A DNA stretch of 46,927 nucleotides from Candidatus Hydrogenedentota bacterium. Its GTDB lineage: Bacteria; Hydrogenedentota; Hydrogenedentia; Hydrogenedentales; SLHB01. The notes beneath the pieces were generated by a model. It searched no databases. It was not told where the DNA came from and saw only the letters and a program-made list of their open reading frames with translations. Shown here piece by piece: positions 27,355 through 37,227 of this stretch. The stretch spans positions 1 through 46,927 of the forward strand of contig BTWA01000044.1 of the NCBI GenBank assembly GCA_045863295.1. Reading direction: 5' to 3'. Made by a program: the position numbers and the translations under genes. Position 1 is the stretch's first letter. Each line of letters starts with the position of its first letter.

Positions 27355-28565
27355 GGTTGTGCCTCCGTCACAGGTTCCCCTTCCACCAGACTTTCCGGTA
27401 CATCGAGAACAATATTTTCGCCCGCTACAATTCCCGAGGCAATGGTGGCTTCGTCGCCACTTGTGCCCGCCACGCTGACGATGCGCTTCCTTGCCTTGCC
27501 CTCGTCAACGACCCAAACGATATCGTTTTCGCCGTCTTGGCGGATCGCGGACTTTGGAACTGAAATGCTTCTTTGCACAGCTTCTTCCTCGACGGCACTC
27601 AAGAATGCAACTTTTACACTCATATCCGGCAGAATTCTCGGATCGATCGCTTCGAATCCGATTCGCACTTTGACCGTCGCCTTTTGTCGATCCGCGGTGG
27701 GTATGATAGCGATTACCTTACAGGGGATCTTCCAGTCGGGGTATGAATCCAATGTGGCCTCGACGGGTTGGCCGGGTATAACCCGATTAATGTAGCTTTC
27801 ACTGACATCGACTTCGATCTCCAGGGAGTTCATGTCGACGATCGTGCAGATGCCGGTTCGGGTGAATCCACCGCCCGCGGACATGACCGAGATGATTTCG
27901 CCGGGTTGGGCGTTCTTCTCGGTGACCACACCTGCAAAGGGTGCCAGTATAATGGTGTCGTCCATTTGCTGTTTCCACAATTCGACTTCGCGTTCGGCGA
28001 CTTCGATATCGGCGTTTTGACGTTGCAGCCGCGCCTTCATGGAGCTAACCGAGGCTTGTGCGCGGTCCAATTCGAGGGGCGTGGTGATGTTTTCGCGGGC
28101 GAGTTCGGTGAACCGGCGGAGTTCGCTTTCCGCGAGTTCAAGGCTTACTCGAGTCTCGTCCACCGCTTCCTTGGCGGCAGACAACTGCGCTTGTGCCAGC
28201 TTGAGACTTTTTTCGACGTTAGACGAGTCTATGCGTGACAGGACCTGACCTGCCTCCACCTTCATGCCCTCTTCCACGAGCACTTCCATAACGCGGCCTG
28301 TGACTTTGGACGCGACTGTGGCTTGACGGCGCGCGGTCACATAACCCGACGAATTCAGCAACGTCTTACCGCCTCCGATGACGGTCTCCTTGACTGTGAG
28401 AACCCTAAGCGGAGTCGTTTTGGGATAGTTGTACCAAGCAAATGCGCCACCCGCTGCCGCGGCGATTGTCACGACGAATGCGAGCAGGGACAGAATAGGC
28501 GCGCGACGCGGCGCGCGGGCTCGGTCGATTTTCAGCTCATCAAGCAGTACTTTTTCAGGACTCAT
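27351..28565 (-). CDS. MacA-like periplasmic adaptor (membrane fusion protein)
   Basis: N-terminal TM, SGYVTARRQATVASKVTG, lipoyl half-motifs, coiled coil, APFAGVV, EVDVSE. Confidence 0.9.
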   Translation of the reverse strand: MSPEKVLLDELKIDRARAPRRAPILSLLAFVVTIAAAAGGAFAWYNYPKTTPLRVLTVKETVIGGGKTLLNSSGYVTARRQATVASKVTGRVMEVLVEEGMKVEAGQVLSRIDSSNVEKSLKLAQAQLSAAKEAVDETRVSLELAESELRRFTELARENITTPLELDRAQASVSSMKARLQRQNADIEVAEREVELWKQQMDDTIILAPFAGVVTEKNAQPGEIISVMSAGGGFTRTGICTIVDMNSLEIEVDVSESYINRVIPGQPVEATLDSYPDWKIPCKVIAIIPTADRQKATVKVRIGFEAIDPRILPDMSVKVAFLSAVEEEAVQRSISVPKSAIRQDGENDIVWVVDEGKARKRIVSVAGTSGDEATIASGIVAGENIVLDVPESLVEGEPVTEAQP

Positions 28566-28728
28566 GGCCGTATACGCTCAACATCTATACCGACATCATG
28601 CCGGGCCGCAGCTGCGGGTCGGGGAACGGTTCCGATTTCAACGACATCCGCCTATGAGCGTATCATACGCCGATTTGCCGCTGCATCTTTCCGTTGCGGT
28701 ATGCCTATGCCTGGCGGGCCAGAAAGAT

Positions 28729-31218
28729 CTACTTTGGGATCAATCTCAACGTTCGAGGATTGTTCGCTGCGGTCTGTGGCGGTGTGAGTTCGGCTTCCCG
28801 ATATTCACCGCTAATGAACAAAGCCGTCTGATCCCTGTAGTGCGGACTCAACCAATGACCCGAATTGCCGGTTGGCAAGATGGTATGACTGCGAACTGGG
28901 TTGGAGAAATCGATGACCCGGCGCGTGGAGGGTCCCGCGATGACCTTGTGTCGAAAAGTGCCGTGGGGATGGAGCAGGTTGTTGATTGTTTGCGAGCCAC
29001 CGGACACGGGAAATGGACCGAGGTTGAACACAGAACCCACGAGCGGGAGAAAGCCCAGGGGATGCATGAAAGTCAGTGTGTGGTCGTTGCCCCATGTCCA
29101 CTGTCGCATGTCCGAACTGTAAGCCGCTTCGAGGCTGTCAATCGTCTCGCGAAGTGCAACGAGAAGAATGGCTGTAGACGATTCAATTTCGCCGGGGGTT
29201 GTCTTGTCGTCCCAATATGGGGACTTCGGTGATTGGACGAGGTATCGCAGAAACAGCCACGCATCGCCCAAGGTCGCGTATATGGCCAGGTTCTTTTCGC
29301 CGAGTTCGTCTTTAATGGCGTTGGCCAGGATCGCATCGCACAAGTACGTGTATATCGTGGGCTCAATCGACGATGCGTCATGCGAACCATCCCATGACTG
29401 CAACAGGTTCAGCAGGTCTTGTTCCTTGGGAGAAAGATTCACCCCTTCCGACTTTAGCGCATGAACAAGGGCGTTGACAATGACTGGGGCCGCGACTGCT
29501 ACGTGGTCATTTTGCATTTTCATGACGTCATCTGCCGACCACTTGGCCTTGGATTCAATCAGGTTTTCAATTCTCTCCGCGCGATCCCATGGTTGCCAAT
29601 AGCCTTCCAAGCTGGCAATAGGTCCAAACTCGCGCACGCTTGATTTATTATTGGCGGTAGCGATGAAACCTGATGGTGGATTCTTGAGGTGTGGGTTTTG
29701 ATCAAACGGCAGGAAGCCGAGAGGATCGTCGAGACCCGTCGCGCCGTCCAACAAAGTCTTGCTGTTTACATGGGGCGGGCGAACCGGCAGTTTTCCCGCC
29801 GCCCACCAGGCAATGTTTCCGTCTTTATCCGCGTACGATACATTTACGCCGGGAGAAGTAATCAGGGCGACTGCACTGGCAAAGGACTCGTAGTCCTTTG
29901 AGCGGGCCATCTGGTGGAATGCGGCGATGTCCGAGTATTCGACATGTTGCCAGACCCAATAGAGCGAGACAGGGGCACCGGCGTAGTCTTCGTACTTTTC
30001 CAATAGGGGAGTAATGATGGGGCCATGGGGAGTCACGCGAACATCGTGGGGTATATCCGCGCTGAAACGGACATTGATTGTCTCGTGTTCTACTTGAAGG
30101 TCAGTCCATTGGCCTTTGTATTTGACGCGATTTGGATTGGCGGAATCGATGGTTTCCCGGAAGAGATCCACGTCATCGTTGGCGAACATGGTCAATCCCC
30201 ACCCCATTTCACGGTTGTGTCCGAGCAATGCGATGGGGATCAAGGGCAGATAGTATCCATACAATTCGAACTCGGGACATTGAACGTATGCTTCGTACCA
30301 AATAGACGGGTTTGTATATCCGATGTGCGGGTCGTTGGCGAGGATTGCGCCGCCGGTCTCGGTGCGAGATGGCGCCAGCACCCAAGAATTGCTACCGAGA
30401 TGGCTCCCTAGCGTTTCACTCACTTTTTGCCATTGGTCCAGGAAAGGCTGCAACGATACGGAGGCATGTGTGGCAGGTGGGACAGCCCCTAAAACCGGAG
30501 GCCAGAGGCCTCGATCGCGAAGTATGGATTCCGCTTCTTCTCTCGTTTCCATGATGGTTGTGGGAATCTCCTGGGAGTAACCAGGAAACAACAGCGAGAC
30601 ATCCACGTCAGGAAATTTGTCTTGCACCATGCTGTACATGGCATCTTGACGCGGGCCGTACGAGAAGGTAATGGGCAGAATGCCTGCGATGCAGAGACTG
30701 TCTGTCAACGAATAGCTTCGGCGGGGTATGCCTAGGAGTATGAATTCGAAAGGTCTGGGACCTGTGGCTGCGTATTGGTTTACACCAGCCAGAAAGGCTT
30801 CGCATGAGGCAAACACCTCGGGGTATTTTGCGCGTAGCGTTTGCAGATTTTCATCGGCTTTGGGGCGGAGTCGAAGAGTTCGCATGGCGCGGTCGATGTC
30901 CACGGCGGCCGGCCCTACGATTTCCGCCAACTCGCCTTGGGCGAGCCTGCGGAGCATTTCCATTTGAAACAGCCGATCTTGTGCCATGGCGTAGCCCAGG
31001 GCGTAAGCCGCATCTTTCTCGTTTTCCGCTTCGATATGCGGCACTCCCCATTCGTCGCGCGTAATGGTGACACCCTGACCAATGGCGGCCACTTGGATTT
31101 CGCCTTCCAATACTGGCATGCCTGCGCGCGCAAGTAGATATGTGGCAAGGGGCACGGCGAATAGAATCAGGACAAGCAATACCAGTAACAGCATGACGAT
31201 CCGGCGTAGACTCTTCAT
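28729..31218 (-). CDS. Penicillin acylase family (Ntn hydrolase, peptidase S45)
   Basis: RDEWGVPHI, GYAMAQDRLFQME, catalytic GSNSW, ILANDPH, TPHGP, ATANN, GNSG...SPHYRDQ. Confidence 0.92.
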   Translation of the reverse strand: MKSLRRIVMLLLVLLVLILFAVPLATYLLARAGMPVLEGEIQVAAIGQGVTITRDEWGVPHIEAENEKDAAYALGYAMAQDRLFQMEMLRRLAQGELAEIVGPAAVDIDRAMRTLRLRPKADENLQTLRAKYPEVFASCEAFLAGVNQYAATGPRPFEFILLGIPRRSYSLTDSLCIAGILPITFSYGPRQDAMYSMVQDKFPDVDVSLLFPGYSQEIPTTIMETREEAESILRDRGLWPPVLGAVPPATHASVSLQPFLDQWQKVSETLGSHLGSNSWVLAPSRTETGGAILANDPHIGYTNPSIWYEAYVQCPEFELYGYYLPLIPIALLGHNREMGWGLTMFANDDVDLFRETIDSANPNRVKYKGQWTDLQVEHETINVRFSADIPHDVRVTPHGPIITPLLEKYEDYAGAPVSLYWVWQHVEYSDIAAFHQMARSKDYESFASAVALITSPGVNVSYADKDGNIAWWAAGKLPVRPPHVNSKTLLDGATGLDDPLGFLPFDQNPHLKNPPSGFIATANNKSSVREFGPIASLEGYWQPWDRAERIENLIESKAKWSADDVMKMQNDHVAVAAPVIVNALVHALKSEGVNLSPKEQDLLNLLQSWDGSHDASSIEPTIYTYLCDAILANAIKDELGEKNLAIYATLGDAWLFLRYLVQSPKSPYWDDKTTPGEIESSTAILLVALRETIDSLEAAYSSDMRQWTWGNDHTLTFMHPLGFLPLVGSVFNLGPFPVSGGSQTINNLLHPHGTFRHKVIAGPSTRRVIDFSNPVRSHTILPTGNSGHWLSPHYRDQTALFISGEYREAELTPPQTAANNPRTLRLIPK

Positions 31219-31255
31219 CGGTAGAATCCGGGCAAACGGATATTTTCATGCGTCA

Positions 31256-32302
31256 TTACTTGGATTCCACCAATGGCGCATGGGGATCAAGAATTGGAGT
31301 GTCCCAACCGGCCACATCGGCGGGCTTCACACCCCGGCGGAATTCCGTAAAGCTGAATGGAGTAGGGTGATACGGGCCAACGAATGTGATAGGGCCGTCG
31401 GGATGGATGGCATTGCTTAATTCGAGGCACCACAAGTGAGCGTTTACAAGAAGCCGCCGGAAACCATCGTCAAGGATATCTTGCGACGCACCTTGTGTTG
31501 TAGTGAATACGCGGGCCACCTTGCCCGACTCGCTCTCGTAGTTTCGTACCCAGACCACGGGCATGGGATCTTTCGATGTGTCTGGCGGGGAATCTTTCGT
31601 CATGCCGTTCAAGACGATTCCCCGCGCCAGAATCGTGCTTCCCGCGATGGGGTTGGCCGTGTAGCCGCCTGCCACCGTATGCATTTCCCCCACTCCCCGC
31701 AGCACGTCATGGTCTTTGTTTTCAGGCACGATTGTCAGGACCGAGCTCTGTTTGTGATTTTCGCCGTAGTGGGTGACCCAGGTTTCACCGAGCACTTGGC
31801 GGCCAAATCCCAAATGGAAATCGTCGCCCGGGTATCGAAAGTCGTAACGGTAGAATTTTCTGTCTTCCGGAATCTTGAATGCATGCGTGGATGTACGCAG
31901 TCCCATCATCGGCCCGCCACGATCGACGTAATCCACGAAGTGCTTCATTTCTTCGTCGGGCATATTGATGAATCGCATGAATACAACCAACAAATCCGCT
32001 GACTTCAGGATTTCGAGTCCGCTGAGCGCGCTGCTTCCCGGCAGTAGATTTCCGGTGACGGGATCGGTTCCAAAGATGACCGTACACTTGAATCCGTAGT
32101 GCTTTGCCATGATGCGGGCCAGAGCCGGAAGAGACTCTTCGCTTCGATATTCGTGATCCGATGCGATGTAGACAATGTGTTTGCCCGCACCGGGTCCGGT
32201 ATCGCCTTCGTAGACTACGTGAGTAGGGTCTTGCGCGGACGCCACGGGAACTAATAGCCCAAGCGCATAAAGTGCCAGCACGATTCCACGATATCTCTTC
32301 AT
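31256..32302 (-). CDS. Secreted ThuA-like (GATase-fold) domain protein
   Basis: Signal peptide, KHIVYIASDHEYRSEE, GLRTSTHAF, RVFTTTQGAS. Confidence 0.75.
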   Translation of the reverse strand: MKRYRGIVLALYALGLLVPVASAQDPTHVVYEGDTGPGAGKHIVYIASDHEYRSEESLPALARIMAKHYGFKCTVIFGTDPVTGNLLPGSSALSGLEILKSADLLVVFMRFINMPDEEMKHFVDYVDRGGPMMGLRTSTHAFKIPEDRKFYRYDFRYPGDDFHLGFGRQVLGETWVTHYGENHKQSSVLTIVPENKDHDVLRGVGEMHTVAGGYTANPIAGSTILARGIVLNGMTKDSPPDTSKDPMPVVWVRNYESESGKVARVFTTTQGASQDILDDGFRRLLVNAHLWCLELSNAIHPDGPITFVGPYHPTPFSFTEFRRGVKPADVAGWDTPILDPHAPLVESK

Positions 32303-32454
32303 TCGCGCGGTATCCCCGTATGTTTCTGCTTTGGACCAGCTACGGATCTAGCTCTTTGATCCCCACTCCCCTGTGCGGAGTGACTGCTAAGGCACCGGGC
32401 CAAATTGTGTGGTCATATTGAATCTGTCCCTTTTCACCGGAAATCTGTTCGGTG

Positions 32455-35400
32455 TTACTCCTTTGGCGCAGGCAGCGATCTCAGATAGGCCATCAGATCG
32501 AGTATTTCTTCGTGGGTAAAACTGTTCAGCAAACCCGTGGGCATTGTAGACAGCGGAGCCGCAGTTTGTTCCTTGATGCTTTCCTTTGCGATTCTTACGC
32601 CTTCGGCATCGTGCAAAGGATTGGTCAGCACGCGTATAAACTCGCCGGTTTCTTCCACGACCAGTCCGAAGACGGTGTTATCCTGCAGGAGGTCGTCGCT
32701 TTCGATGTCGAATTGAAAGGATTTGAACTTCTCATTGATGACCTTTGATGGTTCGAGAAGTTCGGTCAACATGGCCTGCGGATCAAACCGTTCGGCGACG
32801 CCCGCGAGGTCAGGGCCGATGCGTTTGGCGTCGGTGCCGGGCTGATGGCATACGACACAAGATGCTTCCTTGAATACTGCCTCGCCCTTTTCAATGGAGC
32901 GCCCTTCCGCCAAGCGGGGAAGTTCGCTCGTGAGGTCGGCTACAGTCCATTCTTTTACGAACTTCCTGCCCGTTCCCTGGTCGGCACCGCTGTTTTCCGC
33001 CATCCACTTGTCGACATCTTCCACCACGTGCATTTTGCCGTTCATAAGCATCCAGTGGCCCGGAAACGTGCAGATGTAGTCGTAGACGTCGATTTTGTCG
33101 GGGGCGACAAATTCGATGGTCTCTGACCGGCCCATGGCCAGCAATTTTGAGGCGGCGATGATCTGATTGCTCTCCGGTTTCCAGTGCATCTTTACCCCGT
33201 CCGCTCCAAGCATCATCGCGGCCATGGCCACTTGGGGCGCCGCACCGGGTTGTACAAAGATCATGTTATGATCCATGGCATCCGGATTCGAAAAGACGAT
33301 TCTGACCTTCATTCCCGGACCCACGGCGAAGGCCGTGCGGTCGTACTTCATTTGCTCCTTGAGCGTTTGGATGTGCACGACCATGGTGTCGCCTTCCATT
33401 TTGGGTTCTGGCGACTTTTCCTGCTTGAGATAGTCGTGCGTCACCACCCGGTTCGCATGGTGGTCATGGCCAGCATGCGGATCGGCTGCGGCACGGCCGA
33501 ATTTACCCTCGATCTCCCAGATGTACTTCACGCGTTCGGCCGCGCGCCGGGCGTCAGGCTGGGGCGAATTCAACAGGATTTCGAGCAGGCCCTCGTTTAA
33601 CACATCGAACTGTTGATGCAGCCATAGCGCTTCCAGCATATGATGGGCGTCTTCGACTTTGGTCCCGTCAAACTGCTGGATCCATTTTGTCGCGGCTGCA
33701 ATGACATCGTCCGGATTGCGTTCGCTCAGTTCGATTCGGGCTCGCAGCCTCACTCCATTCACCGGATGCTTTAAGACGTCGAGCAACGCCTCGATGGGTT
33801 CGCCGTCGATAGGCACCGACTTTTGCAGCGGCCGTCCTTTTGCCGTAATGCGGTAGACACGCCCGTGTTCGTGATCGCGGCTTGGGTCGCGTATGTTGTG
33901 CTGCATGTGACCGATAAGCGCATTGGACCAATCCGCGACATAGAGTGCGCCGTCATCGCCGATTTTGAAATCGGAGGGTCGGAAATTGGGATCGTCGGAT
34001 ACCAGAATGTCTTCGGTTTCCGTTCCCCACATGACGCCGTCGGTATTCTTGAGGGTGTATTGTTTGATGCCGAGGAATCCGATGGCATTAAGGATGATAT
34101 AGTTGCCTTCGTATTTCTCCGGAAAGTGCTGACTTGAGAATATGCCACTCGACGGGACAGGGCGCACGGTTTTTTCGAGCAGCGGATGCATTTTGAATTT
34201 ACCATCGCCATCCATCCTCACCTGGAAGGCGTTGCCGGAGGTCGCATCGTTGGCGTAGTGGTAGCCCCAATAGTCAAAATCGCCGCCGTGGGCGTTTGGG
34301 TTATTCTCGGCGTGAAAGCTGAATCGATGTGTACGGGGATTAAGACGGTACATGCCCGAGGTACCCGATAGCTGGGCGGCTTCCCAAGGCGTTTCAACGT
34401 TGCTGACGTTGAATATCCCGCGCTGGTAGTAAATGTAGCCATCGGGGCCATAGTCGAATCCGTTGGCTGAGTGATGGGTATCCGCGGAGTCGAATCCGGT
34501 AAACAGGATCTCTTCCACGTCGGCCACGTCATCTCCGTCCGTATCCTTGAGAAAGAGGATGTTGGGAACCGAGGCTACGATAACGCCGCCGTTCCAAAAG
34601 GTAAACCCAGTTGGGTTGTGCACGTACGCGAAGGTAATGGCCTTATCGGCGACACCGTCACGGTTCTCATCGGGAAGGATGAGTAGCCTGTCCAGCATTT
34701 CACGGTCGGGTTGCCATTTGGGATAGGTTTCCCACGCCGCGACCCAAATGCGCCCTTTGGTATCCACGTCCATCTGAACGGGATTGATCAATTCCGGGAA
34801 CATCTCTTCGGAGGCGAACAAGTTTGCCTCGAGGCCTTCGGCAAGTTTCAAGGTCTTGACGCCTTCACTGGCGGGCACATACTCCAGCTTACCGTTCTTT
34901 TCGCTGGGCACATAGTTGGTCTTGACAAGAATGGGATGCGGGACATTGCTGTCGTCGGGCTCGGCGGCGACTCCCGCGACGGCCTGCCAGATCGTCTTGT
35001 CACGATTTTCCGCCATGATATCGAGCATGACCAGTTCGTGCTGCAACACTTCGGCGTTGGTTTGTTCGTCAACGAATTTCAAGGTGGAGCGGTTGCCCCA
35101 GACGTCGTTTCCGTCGGTCGCACGGTAGCGGTTGAACCAGCACCAGTTCTTGGCCAGCACGGCGCGGCGAATTACATCGATGTGGTCTTCCTTCAGCGGC
35201 TGCCCCAGTGCCTGCACGATCACCCTGGCCAGTTCCTGGTTTCCGGCTTCATTGAGGTGCGCCCCGTTTAGGGTCAAGTGCTTTTCGTTTGCTTCGTACA
35301 ACGCCTTGGACGGTGTGAAGAGATCAATGAACGGAACCTGTTTCTCATATGCAACGCGGGCCATGGCGTCGGTGTAGATGGCGAGCCAGAGATTGTGTTC

Positions 35401-35886
35401 CTTGCCATCCGGGAAATGGGGCGATTCGAGGTTCTCGAATGCGATGGGTGAAAACAGTACGATCCGCGGCGCGGCCTTGCCATCGTACTTCTTGGCGCGG
35501 GTCTCATCGATAAATGCCGTGAGTTCGGCCTTAAACCGTTCGGGATCGCGCATAAAGGACTCGTTATAGCCGAAGAATGCGAATATGACGCTTGCCTTCA
35601 CATGACCGAGATAGAATTCGGCACTTGGAAAGCTTTCTTCGCGTGGCCGGTGTGCGACTTCGTCGCCTGAGAAGCCCATGTTGCGGATAACCAGATCTTT
35701 GCCGGGATTGGCGGATTGAAGGTAGGCCTCGAGCCAGCCATCGTGTTGCATACGGTCGGGAAGCGCATTTCCAATGATGGCAATGCGGTCACCCTTGCTG
35801 AACTCGAATTGTGCTTCGGCGGCGGTCGCTCCGATAGCCCAGACGGTGATTGCCAAGGCGCCGCACAACGATATACCTGCCTTCAC
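32455..35886 (-). CDS. PVC-type heme-binding membrane-bound dehydrogenase-like protein (SGNH, beta-propeller, HEAT, cupredoxin, cytochrome c)
   Basis: SGNH-like N-terminus (IGN, RNMGFSGD, GYNES, NGAHLN), LFASE..FPEL.NP, FRPSD..GDDGALYVADW..IGH, type-1 Cu motif HN...CTFPGHWMLM, and CVVCH...GPDL...STMPTGL. Confidence 0.85.
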   Translation of the reverse strand: MKAGISLCGALAITVWAIGATAAEAQFEFSKGDRIAIIGNALPDRMQHDGWLEAYLQSANPGKDLVIRNMGFSGDEVAHRPREESFPSAEFYLGHVKASVIFAFFGYNESFMRDPERFKAELTAFIDETRAKKYDGKAAPRIVLFSPIAFENLESPHFPDGKEHNLWLAIYTDAMARVAYEKQVPFIDLFTPSKALYEANEKHLTLNGAHLNEAGNQELARVIVQALGQPLKEDHIDVIRRAVLAKNWCWFNRYRATDGNDVWGNRSTLKFVDEQTNAEVLQHELVMLDIMAENRDKTIWQAVAGVAAEPDDSNVPHPILVKTNYVPSEKNGKLEYVPASEGVKTLKLAEGLEANLFASEEMFPELINPVQMDVDTKGRIWVAAWETYPKWQPDREMLDRLLILPDENRDGVADKAITFAYVHNPTGFTFWNGGVIVASVPNILFLKDTDGDDVADVEEILFTGFDSADTHHSANGFDYGPDGYIYYQRGIFNVSNVETPWEAAQLSGTSGMYRLNPRTHRFSFHAENNPNAHGGDFDYWGYHYANDATSGNAFQVRMDGDGKFKMHPLLEKTVRPVPSSGIFSSQHFPEKYEGNYIILNAIGFLGIKQYTLKNTDGVMWGTETEDILVSDDPNFRPSDFKIGDDGALYVADWSNALIGHMQHNIRDPSRDHEHGRVYRITAKGRPLQKSVPIDGEPIEALLDVLKHPVNGVRLRARIELSERNPDDVIAAATKWIQQFDGTKVEDAHHMLEALWLHQQFDVLNEGLLEILLNSPQPDARRAAERVKYIWEIEGKFGRAAADPHAGHDHHANRVVTHDYLKQEKSPEPKMEGDTMVVHIQTLKEQMKYDRTAFAVGPGMKVRIVFSNPDAMDHNMIFVQPGAAPQVAMAAMMLGADGVKMHWKPESNQIIAASKLLAMGRSETIEFVAPDKIDVYDYICTFPGHWMLMNGKMHVVEDVDKWMAENSGADQGTGRKFVKEWTVADLTSELPRLAEGRSIEKGEAVFKEASCVVCHQPGTDAKRIGPDLAGVAERFDPQAMLTELLEPSKVINEKFKSFQFDIESDDLLQDNTVFGLVVEETGEFIRVLTNPLHDAEGVRIAKESIKEQTAAPLSTMPTGLLNSFTHEEILDLMAYLRSLPAPKE

Positions 35887-36209
35887 TACCCGATCTCCTT
35901 CCTAGCGAATCGCTGGACACAGGGGTAGTGCGCGTTGGACAAGCACGGCCCCCAATCAAGAATTGGAACTTGCAGCCCGAGATGCATCGCAACAGAATAG
36001 CGCATTACCACGGGAGGGACAAGGACTGGCACTGGATGCCGCTGAGGGGCAATCGGTCCGTGGCAGATCCCTGCGCAAGGGAGAGCCGTTTCGACGCTCG
36101 AGTAAATCGCCACTGGGAAAGCAGGTCCAAACCGGACATGAAATCACGTTACATGGAAGATCCGGTGCCCAATGGTCGGAAACCCAACATGGACTGAAAC
36201 GCGCAACCT

Positions 36210-37043
36210 CTATGACCCATGTTGCAGGCTTTCGAGTGCCGCGAGGAATTCGCGATTTGCGAGAAAGTGTTGTCCCTCCCTGACGTACTCCACGTGTCCA
36301 TCGAGGAACAATATATTCATGCCGTTTGGCACGTGATGAAATTCGCGCTCGAATACGATGGGGATTTCGGCGGCGGATACCGGCAAGTCGTTGGTAAGAC
36401 GGTCGCTGAGCCTCAGGAGCACGTCGCCTCCGCCGGTGCCTTGGCCCGGCGCTACCGGCAAATCTCCGGTGAACGGACTACCCTCAACTCGATTCTTGTA
36501 GGCATCCAGAAAAGCCTGTGCCTCGGTTTCATTTGTAATGGCGAATCCCAGGTAAATGTAGCTGTGATCGTCGACCAATTCGGGACCTGTGGTTGTGGGA
36601 GCCGTGGGATCACTGGGGCAGATCATGACCGCCGATTCCGTCAGGAATTCGGGGTAGATATCCTCGAGCACAAATTGAAAGCGTCCGAGTTCGGGCGACA
36701 ACGGGGGCAGCATGTCCTGATGTTCATTGGCCCACATCTTGTACACGATGCCGATTTGTTTCAGGTTATTCTGGCACGAGGCGCGCCGGGCTGCTTCGCG
36801 TGCACGCGCGAGAGCGGGCAGCAAAATCGCGGCCATTATGCCCATGACAACGATAAGCATTACCAGGCATCCGGCGCCAACCATAATAGCAATTACCCAA
36901 CCGGCCGGATTTGAGCTCTTCTGTTGGATGATGATTTGAGGAGCTTGTGGCGCGCCGCCCTGAGGCGGTATCGGCGGCGGTGCGGAAGCCATGGCTGGAA
37001 TATTGACGTACGGCACACGGACTCGAGATTTCTTGCGCATCAT
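36210..37043 (-). CDS. DUF1559 domain protein with Pro-rich N-terminus and no canonical prepilin cleavage site
   Basis: [49 protein letters not shown]. Start placed at ATG 37043 after GGAG. Confidence 0.8.
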   Translation of the reverse strand: MMRKKSRVRVPYVNIPAMASAPPPIPPQGGAPQAPQIIIQQKSSNPAGWVIAIMVGAGCLVMLIVVMGIMAAILLPALARAREAARRASCQNNLKQIGIVYKMWANEHQDMLPPLSPELGRFQFVLEDIYPEFLTESAVMICPSDPTAPTTTGPELVDDHSYIYLGFAITNETEAQAFLDAYKNRVEGSPFTGDLPVAPGQGTGGGDVLLRLSDRLTNDLPVSAAEIPIVFEREFHHVPNGMNILFLDGHVEYVREGQHFLANREFLAALESLQHGS

Positions 37044-37227
37044 GGCCGTTCTCCAATTGAACGCGCTAGTCAAACTGGGAAAGCGCTTGAGATCTAGTTT
37101 ACATACTTTTGGATGGAGAGGAAACACTTTTATCTGTGCGTCGAAACGAGTATCCGACAGCTACTTTGCGGAGAGGACTTGACTTGGACGACCGCCGGCT
37201 CAAACGGGAATCTGGCCCGGAAAACGA

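Noticed and set aside
26644..27795. Long antisense ORFs (for example 26644-27795, 15256-16233, 45616-46698, 8744-9670)
   Set aside because: They mirror well-supported genes on the opposite strand, as expected in GC-rich coding DNA.
36108..36126. GCCACTGGGAAAG resembling part of a cobalamin riboswitch
   Set aside because: Upstream conserved elements are absent, and it lies on the strand opposite the flanking genes.
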